Source: Gammaproteobacteria bacterium | GTDB lineage: Bacteria > Pseudomonadota > Gammaproteobacteria > Steroidobacterales > Steroidobacteraceae | Direction: 5' to 3' | Assembly (NCBI GenBank): GCA_025358615.1 | Contig: JANYIY010000210.1 | Location: 3,927 to 67,926 of the forward strand | Length of the DNA: 64,000 nt | Part shown: positions 18,160 through 27,638 of the stretch, in pieces | Position numbering within the stretch: position 1 is the stretch's first letter | How the letters are laid out: every line of letters starts with the position of its first letter | Program-made: the position numbers and the translations under genes | Notes under the pieces: generated by a model | The model's input: only the letters and a program-made list of their open reading frames with translations | What the model was told of the DNA's origin: nothing | The model's database searches: none

Positions 18160-18728
18160 GCATGTTCCTCGAGCAGCTCGCGCAGTTTCGTGCGCGCGTA
18201 GCGCAGACGGCTTTTGGTGGTCTCGAAATTAGTGTGGGTAATCGCTGCGATCTCCTCAACGCTCAGGTCGCCCTCGACTTGCAGCAGGAATGCTTCGCGC
18301 TGTTCGGCCGGCAAGGTCTCGACCGCCTGCATGAGTGCTTCGGCCTGATCTCGTGCCACCGCCGCGGCGTACGGCCCGGCACTCGGATCCGCGGTGAGCT
18401 GCTCCACCACCGATTCCGATTCGTGCCCCAGGCTGTCCAAGCTGGTTTGCCGCCGACTCTTTCGAATCGAGTCGATCATCCGATGATGGGCAATCGTGAA
18501 CAGCCAGGTCGTGAATCGCGCCGCGGGCTCATAACTCGTAGCTTCCCGCGCGACGGCGAACCATACTTCCTGCATCAACTCGTCCGCCGTCGCGCGATTG
18601 CGTAAATTGCGTTCCAGGTAACGCCAAACGCGCATCTCATGCCGCCGATACAGCACCTCGAAGGCCGCGGCATCGCCGCGGCCATAGCGCGCCATCAGGT
18701 TCTCATCACTCTCATCGGCAACCGTCAT
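18156..18728 (-). CDS. ECF-type RNA polymerase sigma-70 factor
   Basis: Region 2 (ADELMQEVWFAVAR...FTTWLFTIAHHRMID) and region 4 (REAFLLQVEGDLSVEEIAAITHTNFETTKSRLRYARTKL). Confidence 0.85.
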   Translation of the reverse strand: MTVADESDENLMARYGRGDAAAFEVLYRRHEMRVWRYLERNLRNRATADELMQEVWFAVAREATSYEPAARFTTWLFTIAHHRMIDSIRKSRRQTSLDSLGHESESVVEQLTADPSAGPYAAAVARDQAEALMQAVETLPAEQREAFLLQVEGDLSVEEIAAITHTNFETTKSRLRYARTKLRELLEEHA

Positions 18729-18757
18729 TCATCGCAGTATCGCACTTCCCCGCTGCT

Positions 18758-19654
18758 TTATCCTCGGGGGTCCGGCACGTACTGCGAACCGGGCGACACC
18801 GGGAAAGGGTTGATGGCAGGCGCCGCCGGCCGCGGCCGCTTGATGACGCCCATGGCAAACAAATTGTCGAGGCTGTCATAGCGAATGCGAATGACCTCGT
18901 TGGGCTGCGACTGCATGCGCTCAAACTCAGTAAGATTCACATAGGAGGATTCACGCGCGCCGTGGCCGGTGCCGAGTTTAGGCGCAGGTGCGCGTGCCAG
19001 CAACGACGGCTGCATTGGCGCCGGCGCGGCCGGGGCCACCCGAGTATCGCTTTCGGCCGCAGAGTTGGCCGCGCCCATCGCCGCTGCCTTGTCCATGGAT
19101 TGCCTAGAGGGCGCCGACTCGGCGGCTTCGTCCTTGAGCCGGCCGTCGTACCTGGATCGGTCCTCTTCCGTCAAGCGGCCGATAGATGGGCTGGTGTACG
19201 CCGGCTGCGGCGGGCGCTCGCGAAACAAAGCGACGCCGATGACGCCGACGTTCGCCGGCCGGCCGGTGCGCTCGGCGTAAGAGTTCGGCGACGCGGTGAA
19301 GACGAACGCGGCGATTTCGGCGTCGCTCTTTCTCCAGCCGGTAATTTGATAGCGGTCGCCGGAGCTGAACACATAGCCGGTTTGATCCCAGCCCGCGGTC
19401 GCACCTGACACCACGTTGACCCCGTCGACCGAAGTCACCGCCATCACCCGCTCACCCAATCTATTGTGGATCTCGATGGCATAACGCGCGCCGGGGTTTC
19501 CCGCCACCCAATATTCGCCGCGATAGTAATAGGGGGTCAGCACGACCCCGCTTTCGCGGTCGATGATTGCCACTTCAGCCAGGCCGCCCAAGGCTTGCGC
19601 CTTGCAGGTCGTCGCCACCCACACAAGAATCGCAACAGACAGTATCCGGTTCAT
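18758..19654 (-). CDS. secreted hypothetical protein, first gene of the ECF operon
   Basis: Signal peptide (MNRILSVAILVWVATTCKAQA). It lies 29 bp upstream of the sigma gene on the same strand. No family name recognised. Confidence 0.5.
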   Translation of the reverse strand: MNRILSVAILVWVATTCKAQALGGLAEVAIIDRESGVVLTPYYYRGEYWVAGNPGARYAIEIHNRLGERVMAVTSVDGVNVVSGATAGWDQTGYVFSSGDRYQITGWRKSDAEIAAFVFTASPNSYAERTGRPANVGVIGVALFRERPPQPAYTSPSIGRLTEEDRSRYDGRLKDEAAESAPSRQSMDKAAAMGAANSAAESDTRVAPAAPAPMQPSLLARAPAPKLGTGHGARESSYVNLTEFERMQSQPNEVIRIRYDSLDNLFAMGVIKRPRPAAPAINPFPVSPGSQYVPDPRG

Positions 19655-19816
19655 GATCGCTCCAGTATTGATTTGCTCAAGGACTGAAGCGGCAGAGGCG
19701 ATCGAATGGGGTTAATCAGGTACCCCCCACACGAATTCCCATAGCCGTGCGTTACCCGACATAATATGGACGAATCAGCGCGGCCGCGCGCTTAGCCCCC
19801 AGCCTTCAGAGCCCGC

Positions 19817-20500
19817 ATGTTGAAATTCTTCTTCAATGGATCGCCCAATCCCCTCAAAGTCACGCTATTTCTGGAGGAATCCGGCCTCGCCTACCAACCC
19901 GTGCCCATAGACGCCTTCAAGGGCGACCAATTCAAGCCCGAATACCTCGCCATCAATCCGAACGGCAAGGTCCCCGCCATCGATGACGACGGCGTGATCG
20001 TTTTCGATAGCAACGCCATCCTGCTGTATCTCGCCGAGAAAACCGGCAAGTTCCTGCCGCCCAACACCCCCGCGAATCGCGCTGAGCTTCTCTCATGGCT
20101 GATGTTCGTTGCGAGCGGCGTCGGACCCTTCTCGGGGCAGGCGGTGCACTTCAAGCATTACGCGCCCGCCACGGAATACGCGAACCAGCGCTACCAGTTC
20201 GAAGCACGGCGCCACTTTTCGATTTTGAACGAACGCCTTGCCAAGCGCCGCTACATGCTGGGCGACACCTACACCATCGTCGACATGGCCGCGTGGGGTT
20301 GGACCCGTTTCGTGCCCTTCGTGATTGGTGACGACGGCTACGGCGCCCTGCCCAATCTTAAGCGGCTGGTCGATGAAATCTCCGCGCGGCCGGCGGCCGC
20401 TCGCGCCATGGCGTTGAAGGAGCGCTTCAAATTCACTTCCGGCCTGGACGAGGAGGGTCGGCGCCATCTGTTCAAACACCTGCAAACCGCCGCCGGTTGA
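19817..20500 (+). CDS. glutathione S-transferase
   Basis: NPNGKVPAIDDDGVIVFDSNAILLYLAEK, followed by a GST C-terminal helical domain. Confidence 0.8.
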   Translation: MLKFFFNGSPNPLKVTLFLEESGLAYQPVPIDAFKGDQFKPEYLAINPNGKVPAIDDDGVIVFDSNAILLYLAEKTGKFLPPNTPANRAELLSWLMFVASGVGPFSGQAVHFKHYAPATEYANQRYQFEARRHFSILNERLAKRRYMLGDTYTIVDMAAWGWTRFVPFVIGDDGYGALPNLKRLVDEISARPAAARAMALKERFKFTSGLDEEGRRHLFKHLQTAAG

Positions 20501-20800
20501 GCCATAGCAAAAGACGTGCGTGTCACGGTGATTCGCGGCGGCCCGCGTGCCTGGGCTAAGGCACGGTTTGCCCGTGCGACGCGGGCATATCATTTCGGTT
20601 CATAAACGCTTTTCTTGATCTCAAGCGTATCCAGCTACGTCTCTAGCTACATGCCTCGGTCGTAGGCACTGCGAAACCAGGGCCCATCGACACGATTTGC
20701 TTCGCTCACGGCGTTGAGTAAAAATACTCAGTATCGTGAGTAAAAGAAAGACCGACTTCCGACGCAGCGCCCAAAGCCAGGCCTTGGGCGGAGGTTAGGG

Positions 20801-21529
20801 CTAGGGCGCGCGCACTCTGCGCTCGGGTCCCACGTATTGCGCCATCGCCGACAAGGCGCTGACCGCAGCGAGCGCGGTTGGCTGCCTCTGGCCTTGCAGA
20901 ATACTGCGCGTGACCCACGCGGCGCCGACGCTGGCGCCGCCTGCGGCGGCAATTCCTGCCGTCGCCGCCGCGCCCGCCTCGAAACGTGGACATCCGCCGA
21001 AAAACCAGGGACTGAGATGCGACAATTCTCCCGCAGCGCAGCGCGCATCGCCCGTTGCACGGATCACTCCGGCATAGCCCGCGGGATACACCAAAGCGCC
21101 GCGCGCGGGCCTCGCCGCCACGATGAGGCAACCGACCGCCACGGCGTGCTCGACCGCGGCCGCAAGTACCGCGCGGTCCGCTGCCAATCCCAGGCTCATG
21201 TGAATGAGCTCGGTGCGAGCCGCCACGGCCCAATCGATGGCGGCCGCGACCGCCGCGGCACTGGCCGGCCGCGCATCGACGAACACCTGCCCGAGCAGCA
21301 ACTCTAACGCCACATCACCCGACGTCAACAATTGGGCCACCCGCGAACCGTGACCGGTGGGATCCGCTGCCGGCTCACGCCGGTCGACTCGTCCACCCGC
21401 GTCGACAAAGGCTGCGGCATCCAAAGCCCCCGGCCAGCTGCCGCAACTGTCGATGAGCGCGATCCGCCAGCTCACCGTCAACCAACCAACCGCGCCGGGC
21501 GCAGTCGGCCGCCCTCCAGTTGCCAGCAA
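20801..21529 (-). CDS. qhpE: QHNDH maturation subtilisin-like (S8) protease
   Basis: Triad motifs occur in order: IALIDSCG (Asp), TGHGSRVAQL (His), GGASVGAAWV (Ser). The longest ORF starts at ATG 21529, inside qhpF. A GTG at 21475 (MSWRIALIDS), just after the qhpF stop, is equally plausible. Confidence 0.7.
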   Translation of the reverse strand: MLATGGRPTAPGAVGWLTVSWRIALIDSCGSWPGALDAAAFVDAGGRVDRREPAADPTGHGSRVAQLLTSGDVALELLLGQVFVDARPASAAAVAAAIDWAVAARTELIHMSLGLAADRAVLAAAVEHAVAVGCLIVAARPARGALVYPAGYAGVIRATGDARCAAGELSHLSPWFFGGCPRFEAGAAATAGIAAAGGASVGAAWVTRSILQGQRQPTALAAVSALSAMAQYVGPERRVRAP

Positions 21530-23169
21530 ACATCCGAGCCTTCGATATCGCCCGCACGGTGCGTGATCACAATCCGAGTCCGCTGCGTAAAGACCGCGTC
21601 GAGCGAGCGATGCACGGCGCGCGCCGCGTCGGCGTCCAGACCGCTGGTTGCCTCATCCAGGATGACGATCAACGGCTGCGCGAGTGCGGCGCGCGCGATG
21701 GCGATTCGTTGCCGCTGGCCGGTGGACAACCCCGCGCCGCCTTCGCCGACCTGGGTCGCATAGCCATCCGGCAGCACGCTCACGAACTCATCCACCAGGG
21801 CTTGCCGCGCCGCCTCGATGGCCGCCGTCTCATCGACGTGCTCATGCCCATAGCGCAGATTGTCGAGGATGGAACCGCGAAACAGCAGCGGCGAATGTTC
21901 GACCACCACGATGCGCCGGCGCAGATCGGCCAGCTTGTATTCTTGCAGCGGCCGCCCGTCCAGCAATATCCGGCCTGAATCCGCATCGACGAAGCGGCGC
22001 AGCAGATCGGCCAGCGTCGATTTTCCCGCGCCGGACGCGCCGCGCAGCACCACTTTGCTGCCCGCCGCTATGTCCATGCTGATCGAATCCAGTACCGGCC
22101 TGCCGTCGACGTTCGCGGCAACGCTCACTGCTTCGAAGCGCAAGTCGCCGCGCGCGGCAGCCGGCAGCGCGCTCGCTACGGCCGATTCCACTACGCAGGG
22201 CAGGCCGAGCAATTCTTCCACTCGCGCGAGACTCACTCGCGCGCGCTGATACCCCGTGTACAGAGCGGCCATGGAGGCGGCCGATCCGGAGCTACGCCCA
22301 AGGTAGGCCACGAACGCGACCAGAGTGCCGACACTCAATCTCCCCTGCAGTACATACCAGCCGCCGAGCACGAATACCCCGGCCGTCGCCAGATGGCCGA
22401 GAATGGCCGCGAACGAACCCGTGGCATAGGTTACCCATTGCTGACCCAAAACCCGGCCCAGATACTCATGCCCCAGCGCGTCCAGCCTGCGCCGCTCGAT
22501 CTCCTCGGCCGCGGCCGCCTGCACGTGGCGCGCACCGGACAGGGTCTCGACCAGAAATCCGCTCAAGCGGCTGGCCGCTTCCCGCAGCGCGCGCGTGCTG
22601 GCCTCGATGCGCGGCCGCGCGTACTGACGCACCAATAACTGCAGCGGCAGCAGCGCGGCGACCAACAACGTTAGCCGCCACGACAGCCCGAGCATGACCG
22701 CACCGACGATGATGAGCGTCAGCACGCTGCTGATGAACGACGGTGCTGCATCGGTGCCGAAGCGCTGCACTTCGGCAATGTCGCCGTCGAGCCTGCTGAC
22801 CATGTCGCCCACCGGCACTCGCGCCAGGCGGCGTGGCGAGACTCGCAGCAGGTGCGCGTATACGGCCCCGCGCAACGAGAACAAGGCTCGGCCCGACGCG
22901 CGCACGTAAATGACGCGATGCACGCCGCCGAGCGCAAACCCCGCCGCGGCCAGCCCCAGCATGCCGAGGCAGGCGCCCACCAGGCGGGGAAATTGCCGAC
23001 CGATGAGCCCCTGATCGATGACGATCCGCGTCAGCAGAGGCTGCGCCGCCGACAAGGCCGCAATGAGCAGCCCAAGCAGCAGCGCCAAGCTCAGCATGCC
23101 GAGCTGCGGCCGCAGATGCGGCCATAACAGCCGGCGGATGCCCTGAGACTTATTTGCCGCGGATGACAC
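21478..23169 (-). CDS. qhpF: ABC exporter (fused permease/ATPase) for the QHNDH gamma subunit
   Basis: N-terminal multi-TM domain, then Walker A GASGAGKST, signature LSTGQRQR and Walker B IVILDEATS. Confidence 0.8.
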   Translation of the reverse strand: MSSAANKSQGIRRLLWPHLRPQLGMLSLALLLGLLIAALSAAQPLLTRIVIDQGLIGRQFPRLVGACLGMLGLAAAGFALGGVHRVIYVRASGRALFSLRGAVYAHLLRVSPRRLARVPVGDMVSRLDGDIAEVQRFGTDAAPSFISSVLTLIIVGAVMLGLSWRLTLLVAALLPLQLLVRQYARPRIEASTRALREAASRLSGFLVETLSGARHVQAAAAEEIERRRLDALGHEYLGRVLGQQWVTYATGSFAAILGHLATAGVFVLGGWYVLQGRLSVGTLVAFVAYLGRSSGSAASMAALYTGYQRARVSLARVEELLGLPCVVESAVASALPAAARGDLRFEAVSVAANVDGRPVLDSISMDIAAGSKVVLRGASGAGKSTLADLLRRFVDADSGRILLDGRPLQEYKLADLRRRIVVVEHSPLLFRGSILDNLRYGHEHVDETAAIEAARQALVDEFVSVLPDGYATQVGEGGAGLSTGQRQRIAIARAALAQPLIVILDEATSGLDADAARAVHRSLDAVFTQRTRIVITHRAGDIEGSDVCWQLEGGRLRPARLVG

Positions 23170-24286
23170 GCAGCGTCGACAGCGTCTGGTCGCTGCAGCC
23201 CGGCAGTTTCAAGATCGCCTTCTTCTCGAGCTTGGCCGCGTCATAGAATCCGACATCGCAATTCGTGCCGCCGAGATAAATCTCACGTCCATCCGAAGAC
23301 ACATTCACCGCATAGAAGGTGTGATCCAGAGGCACGCGCTTCTCCAAACGATGAGCGTCGACGTCGATGCTCGTCAGCGTCGTATAGACGCCGTAGGCAT
23401 GCTTCCGGTCGGGACTCAGGATCGTGGAAAAGATCAAGGCCGACAGCGGTTCGAAATCCGCATACGCGAGTTCGCCTGATTTCAAATTCAACGACATCAG
23501 CGCCGTCATGGGCACGTTGCCGCCGGCTTTCTTCAGTTCCGAGTAGACGGGGCTGGTGAACACGCCTGTGGGTTCGCTCACCGGCCAGAATGCCAGCAGA
23601 TCAGGCTGCGAATGATCGGTGAGCGCCCACTTCTGAATGCCGCGCGTCCCCAATAGCTTGCCGGTCTTGACGTCGTACTCGTACAGATCGAAGCCCAGGG
23701 CATAGAAACTTTGTCCGTTGGGCCGCGCCAGCAGCATGTGGATGCGGCGCGGCGCCGGGTAGCTGCGCACCGGCCTCGCCGTCAATCCCGCGTCGGTGCG
23801 AAACACGGCGAAGCGTGGCTCCTCGACCACATACTCGCTGGGTTTGAGCTGGGTCGGCAGCTCATAGGCGATCAATTCCTTGCCGTCGGGCGTGACCATC
23901 AGCGCGAAGAAATCCTTGACCCGCTCAGCGGACGTGGACAGCTCCGCGCGAAACACCTCGCGCCCGCTGCCCAAGTCGATGCCGACGATCCGCTCCATCC
24001 GGTCGACCAGCAGGAAGGCGATGCGCTGATCGGGTGACAGCACGATGGTAAATATCTGGCCGTTCGCGCCCGCCACCTGGTGCTGGGTGCGCACCGCGCG
24101 AGCCGCCGCATCGATGACGAACAGCCGATCCGGCTTGGCGGCGGTAACCAACAAGTCCGCGGCCGGTGCGGCCGCACGCGTGGCGGTGTACGCGTGTTGC
24201 GCCATGCAGAGCGACAACGCCAATGCGAAACCTGCCGTCCAGGTCCGATGCGGCCGTGCCAATGACATCCTCACTCTCCTGTTCAT
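23150..24286 (-). CDS. qhpB: quinohemoprotein amine dehydrogenase beta subunit (beta-propeller)
   Basis: Signal peptide ([29 protein letters not shown]) and a beta-rich repetitive body, directly after qhpC. The start is ambiguous: ATG 24286 (ATGA overlap with the qhpC stop), ATG 24268 (AGGAGAG upstream) or ATG 24304. Confidence 0.7.
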   Translation of the reverse strand: MNRRVRMSLARPHRTWTAGFALALSLCMAQHAYTATRAAAPAADLLVTAAKPDRLFVIDAAARAVRTQHQVAGANGQIFTIVLSPDQRIAFLLVDRMERIVGIDLGSGREVFRAELSTSAERVKDFFALMVTPDGKELIAYELPTQLKPSEYVVEEPRFAVFRTDAGLTARPVRSYPAPRRIHMLLARPNGQSFYALGFDLYEYDVKTGKLLGTRGIQKWALTDHSQPDLLAFWPVSEPTGVFTSPVYSELKKAGGNVPMTALMSLNLKSGELAYADFEPLSALIFSTILSPDRKHAYGVYTTLTSIDVDAHRLEKRVPLDHTFYAVNVSSDGREIYLGGTNCDVGFYDAAKLEKKAILKLPGCSDQTLSTLRVIRGK

Positions 24287-24603
24287 TTCTTGGGAAATAC
24301 GCAATCGAGTTCACGCCAGTCGCCCGGCGCCGATGGCTTGCCCGCATCCCATGCCGGGTACGTGCTCATCGTGTCCGGCACCTGCGCCGGCCACCAGCAC
24401 GGATCGGAACAGCCGTACAAGTCCGCCTCCATGGGCTGGCACAACGAAGCCACGCCGCCGAAAGGATCGACTTCCCAACCCGGATCGAAGGTGGTGGAAC
24501 AGCCGGCGACGGTCTCCATGGCCAGCACTTCGGCAACGTGGCCTTCGGCAACGGCGTCGAGCAGCAGCTCGGCCTTATGGTTGGTGGGTTTAAGTTCGCT
24601 CAT
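24283..24603 (-). CDS. qhpC: quinohemoprotein amine dehydrogenase gamma subunit precursor (CTQ and thioether-crosslinked peptide)
   Basis: A 106-aa peptide. After the leader comes [44 protein letters not shown]...[12 protein letters not shown], which closely resembles the Paracoccus and Pseudomonas gamma subunits as I remember them. ATGA overlap with the qhpD stop. Confidence 0.9.
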   Translation of the reverse strand: MSELKPTNHKAELLLDAVAEGHVAEVLAMETVAGCSTTFDPGWEVDPFGGVASLCQPMEADLYGCSDPCWWPAQVPDTMSTYPAWDAGKPSAPGDWRELDCVFPKK

Positions 24604-26048
24604 GCGAGGGCACTCCGCGGTTCGAGGTGGCGAGTAAAGAAACTCGGGTTATGGCGCTGAATGTCGGCGTACACGCGCACACCGAAATCCACCCAGCTAC
24701 GCAGCAGATCGCAATAATGATAGGTTCGGTGGTGCGCATCGCCGAACCGCGAATACGATTCATGGTAGCAGCCTCCCGCGCACAGATTGCGGATCCTGCA
24801 GGTCTCGCAATGCGTCCCGCCACGGTCAAGCGCCTTTTCGATGAAGGCGCCCAAGCGCGCGCCGTCGATCCCCGTGCTCACATTGCCGAAGGTCGGCAGA
24901 TCCGAGCCCGTGAATCGATGGCACAGATTGAGCTCGCCATCGCCGTCCACCGCCAGCAGCCCGACTCCGGCGCCGCACGGCAGCGACTTGCGCCGTCCCT
25001 CGTGCAGGTCCGTCATCAATTGATGCATATTGGAGAAGCCGTTGCTCTCGCCGCGCAGCGCCGCGCGCCGGTAGTCCTCGCCGAGGCGCTCGAAGGCGCG
25101 GTGCACTTCCTGAAGTTCGGCATCGGACAACGCATGGCTCGCCTCGGCGGCGGCCGTCACCGGCGCGTAGCCCACTTCGTGAAAGCCGATCTCGCCCTTC
25201 AAGTGCGCGTGAATCGCCTCCACCTCCGTGGTACCGCCGCCGAGCGTCACGCGCGCGCCCACCGGCCGCGACCTATAGCGCTCCAGCAGCACCCGCACTT
25301 TGCGGGCAACCACATCGTAGGTACCCCGCCCGCCGACGCTCTTGCGATGGCGATCATGAATATCCTTCGGCCCGTCGATGGATATCGAAATGCCGAAGCG
25401 GTGGCCGTCGAAGTAATCGATCAACGCCGGTGTCAGCAGCGTCGCGTTAGTGGTCATCGAAAAATCCATTTGCTTGCCGGCACGCTGCGCCTCCGCCTCA
25501 GCGTAGCCCACCACCTGCTTGATCAGCGCCACGTTGCTGAGCGGCTCGCCGCCGAAGAACACGATGTTGACCCGCTCGCGCGCCGCACCCGCTTTCAGCA
25601 ACAGATCGACGCTGCGCGCCGCCGTCACGAAGTCCATCTTGCGCCCGTCCGCCGGCTTGGCCAGATCCTCCTTGTAACAGTAGGTGCACGACAGATTGCA
25701 GCCCGTGTTCACATTCAACACCAAGGTGCTCAAGGGATAGGTATTCACCTTGACGCTGCCGGGATTGATGGGCTTGAGACTGCCGGAAGGCTGCAGCATC
25801 TCCAGCTTGCGCAGCTCCGCCGCGAAAGCCCGCACCCGAGCCGGCGGGTAACGGTCGGCGAGCAGCGCCACCAGCTCATCGACGCTGCGGCCGCCCGGCT
25901 CCCGGCAATGGCCGATGACCGAGAGTCCGAGCGAGTCCACGCCGAACACCGCCGTCGTCGGCACATGCAGCAGGTACGCGTCCGCCTCCGCTTGCACCAG
26001 ATGGCCGTTCCAGGAATTCCATTCGAGACGTTCGCTTGTGGTGTGCAT
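24600..26048 (-). CDS. qhpD: radical SAM / SPASM-domain maturase of the gamma subunit
   Basis: CX3CX2C motif ([13 protein letters not shown]) and C-terminal auxiliary-cluster cysteines (CGAGVG...[22 protein letters not shown]). Confidence 0.85.
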   Translation of the reverse strand: MHTTSERLEWNSWNGHLVQAEADAYLLHVPTTAVFGVDSLGLSVIGHCREPGGRSVDELVALLADRYPPARVRAFAAELRKLEMLQPSGSLKPINPGSVKVNTYPLSTLVLNVNTGCNLSCTYCYKEDLAKPADGRKMDFVTAARSVDLLLKAGAARERVNIVFFGGEPLSNVALIKQVVGYAEAEAQRAGKQMDFSMTTNATLLTPALIDYFDGHRFGISISIDGPKDIHDRHRKSVGGRGTYDVVARKVRVLLERYRSRPVGARVTLGGGTTEVEAIHAHLKGEIGFHEVGYAPVTAAAEASHALSDAELQEVHRAFERLGEDYRRAALRGESNGFSNMHQLMTDLHEGRRKSLPCGAGVGLLAVDGDGELNLCHRFTGSDLPTFGNVSTGIDGARLGAFIEKALDRGGTHCETCRIRNLCAGGCYHESYSRFGDAHHRTYHYCDLLRSWVDFGVRVYADIQRHNPSFFTRHLEPRSALA

Positions 26049-26054
26049 GGGCCT

Positions 26055-27635
26055 TCAATAAATAGGAGGAGTGATCCAACGCTGCACGGTGACGATGAGA
26101 TGCCCGCGCCCCTCGAGCGTACGACTGCTATCGGCGGCGCGCGCCACCACCGTGAGATTGCCGACATTGTCGCCCGAGAATTCCCGCGCCGGATTCGGGC
26201 CCGCCGCGCTCGGCAGGAAGCGGCCGCGCATGTCGAAGTGTCCGGCGAATTTCTCGTCCTCGGTGCGCTTCGCCTCCGCGTCGAAGGGCATCGAAGTCCA
26301 CTCGGCAGACACCGGCCCGAGCGCCAGCAACTCGCCACCCGGCAACCGCGTGAACCCCATCGCCTCGAACTGCGCCGACACCGGTTCGACCCGGCCGCCG
26401 CCGAGCCGCGCAATGGCGTAGCCCGGCACCACGTTGAGCTGATCGATTTGCGCGTACACGGCAAGCTTGCCTACCGCAGCGCCTGTCGACACCGCCCGCA
26501 TGCCGGGCGCCGCATTGGCCGCCACCGTCACCAGCGCGCGAATCCGCTGCGCGCTACGCTCCACTTTCGTGACGCTCGTGCCTGCGCCGAACGACACGGG
26601 GAGCGTGGCAGCACCCAGCCCATTGCCGACGATGGTCACCGTCGTCGTCGTTCCGGCGCGCAACGATTGCGGCAGCACCGCCAGAACCTGCGGCGCACCA
26701 CCTTCGCGCACCGCGGTCCATTCGCCGCCCTCTTCGGCATGAGCGGCGTCGAACCACCGCCCTGCGATGCGATTGCCGTCGTCCGAGACCGCATACACTT
26801 CGCGCAACGAACGAGCGCCGATTTGCGCGCTGCCACGCCATTCGTAACCGGTATACAGAATGGCCTTGGAGTCGCCGTTCATCGCGAAACCCGTGACATC
26901 GGCCAGCTGGTAGTGCGCCGCGAAATCGCCGCCCGCGTCACGCTCTATGCGCGCCGTACCGTAGAAATCCTTGCCACCCGGCACATGGCCGACCACCACC
27001 CAACTGCCGCCCAGGTCCCGCACCGGGCGCGACTGCCACTCGTTCCACGCACTCGAGGAAAACGGGAACAAGGCTGCGAGCTTGCCCGGCAACGGGCCGC
27101 TGGCGATCTGCCACCACGGCCGGTCGCGCCCCGACGCCGAGTATTCGATGGAAGTCCACTGTCCCACATGCGTGTGCGCCAGCTTGAGCCATTCAGCCTC
27201 GTCGCGGCGCTGCAAGGAGACGCGCGCCAGCGTGTGGCAGCGGCCGCACATCACCCCGATCTCCGGGCCGAGATCGATGTCCTGTGCATTCGGGCGCCGT
27301 TCCAGAGCGAAGCGTCCGGCAGCAGACTCTGCCGGCGCCAAGCCCTGCGTGTCGGCGAGATAACGCACGAGCGCATCGCGCACGTCGTCGCCCAAGTTCA
27401 AGCCGTGCATCTGGCGCATGCGGAACAGCGTCATCACCCAGCCCTCCGGCGTCTTGCGGATGTCGCTGATGCGCTCGAATTTTCCCGCCTGCTCCTGGTG
27501 GCAGCCGCTGCAATAGCTGCGCACCAGTTCCGGTCCTGACACAGCCGCTGCGCCCTGTGCTGCGCCGGCCCCTGAGGATCCCAGCAGCAATGCGGCCGCC
27601 CACGATTTCCAATATTTCTCGACACCGATCGACAC
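26055..27635 (-). CDS. qhpA: quinohemoprotein amine dehydrogenase alpha subunit (dihaem cytochrome c)
   Basis: Signal peptide, two CXXCH motifs (CSGCHQ, CGRCHT), and a long beta-rich C-terminal region. Confidence 0.85.
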   Translation of the reverse strand: MSIGVEKYWKSWAAALLLGSSGAGAAQGAAAVSGPELVRSYCSGCHQEQAGKFERISDIRKTPEGWVMTLFRMRQMHGLNLGDDVRDALVRYLADTQGLAPAESAAGRFALERRPNAQDIDLGPEIGVMCGRCHTLARVSLQRRDEAEWLKLAHTHVGQWTSIEYSASGRDRPWWQIASGPLPGKLAALFPFSSSAWNEWQSRPVRDLGGSWVVVGHVPGGKDFYGTARIERDAGGDFAAHYQLADVTGFAMNGDSKAILYTGYEWRGSAQIGARSLREVYAVSDDGNRIAGRWFDAAHAEEGGEWTAVREGGAPQVLAVLPQSLRAGTTTTVTIVGNGLGAATLPVSFGAGTSVTKVERSAQRIRALVTVAANAAPGMRAVSTGAAVGKLAVYAQIDQLNVVPGYAIARLGGGRVEPVSAQFEAMGFTRLPGGELLALGPVSAEWTSMPFDAEAKRTEDEKFAGHFDMRGRFLPSAAGPNPAREFSGDNVGNLTVVARAADSSRTLEGRGHLIVTVQRWITPPIY

Positions 27636-27638
27636 GGT

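Noticed and set aside
20801-26048. Radical SAM/SPASM enzyme, small Cys-rich peptide, S8 protease and ABC exporter read as a novel RiPP biosynthetic cluster
   Set aside because: The peptide matches the QHNDH gamma subunit nearly residue for residue in its crosslink and CTQ region. The cluster is flanked by the dihaem alpha and propeller beta subunits and by QhpG. This makes it the known cofactor and crosslink maturation system of an enzyme subunit, not a secreted natural product.
24627-27539. 970-aa plus-strand ORF, the longest in the track
   Set aside because: It lies antisense to qhpD and qhpA, which carry unambiguous family motifs (CX3CX2C, two CXXCH). Its translation is Arg/Ala/His/Gly/Pro-rich low-complexity sequence with no recognisable domain. 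This is the shadow ORF expected in stop-codon-poor GC-rich DNA.
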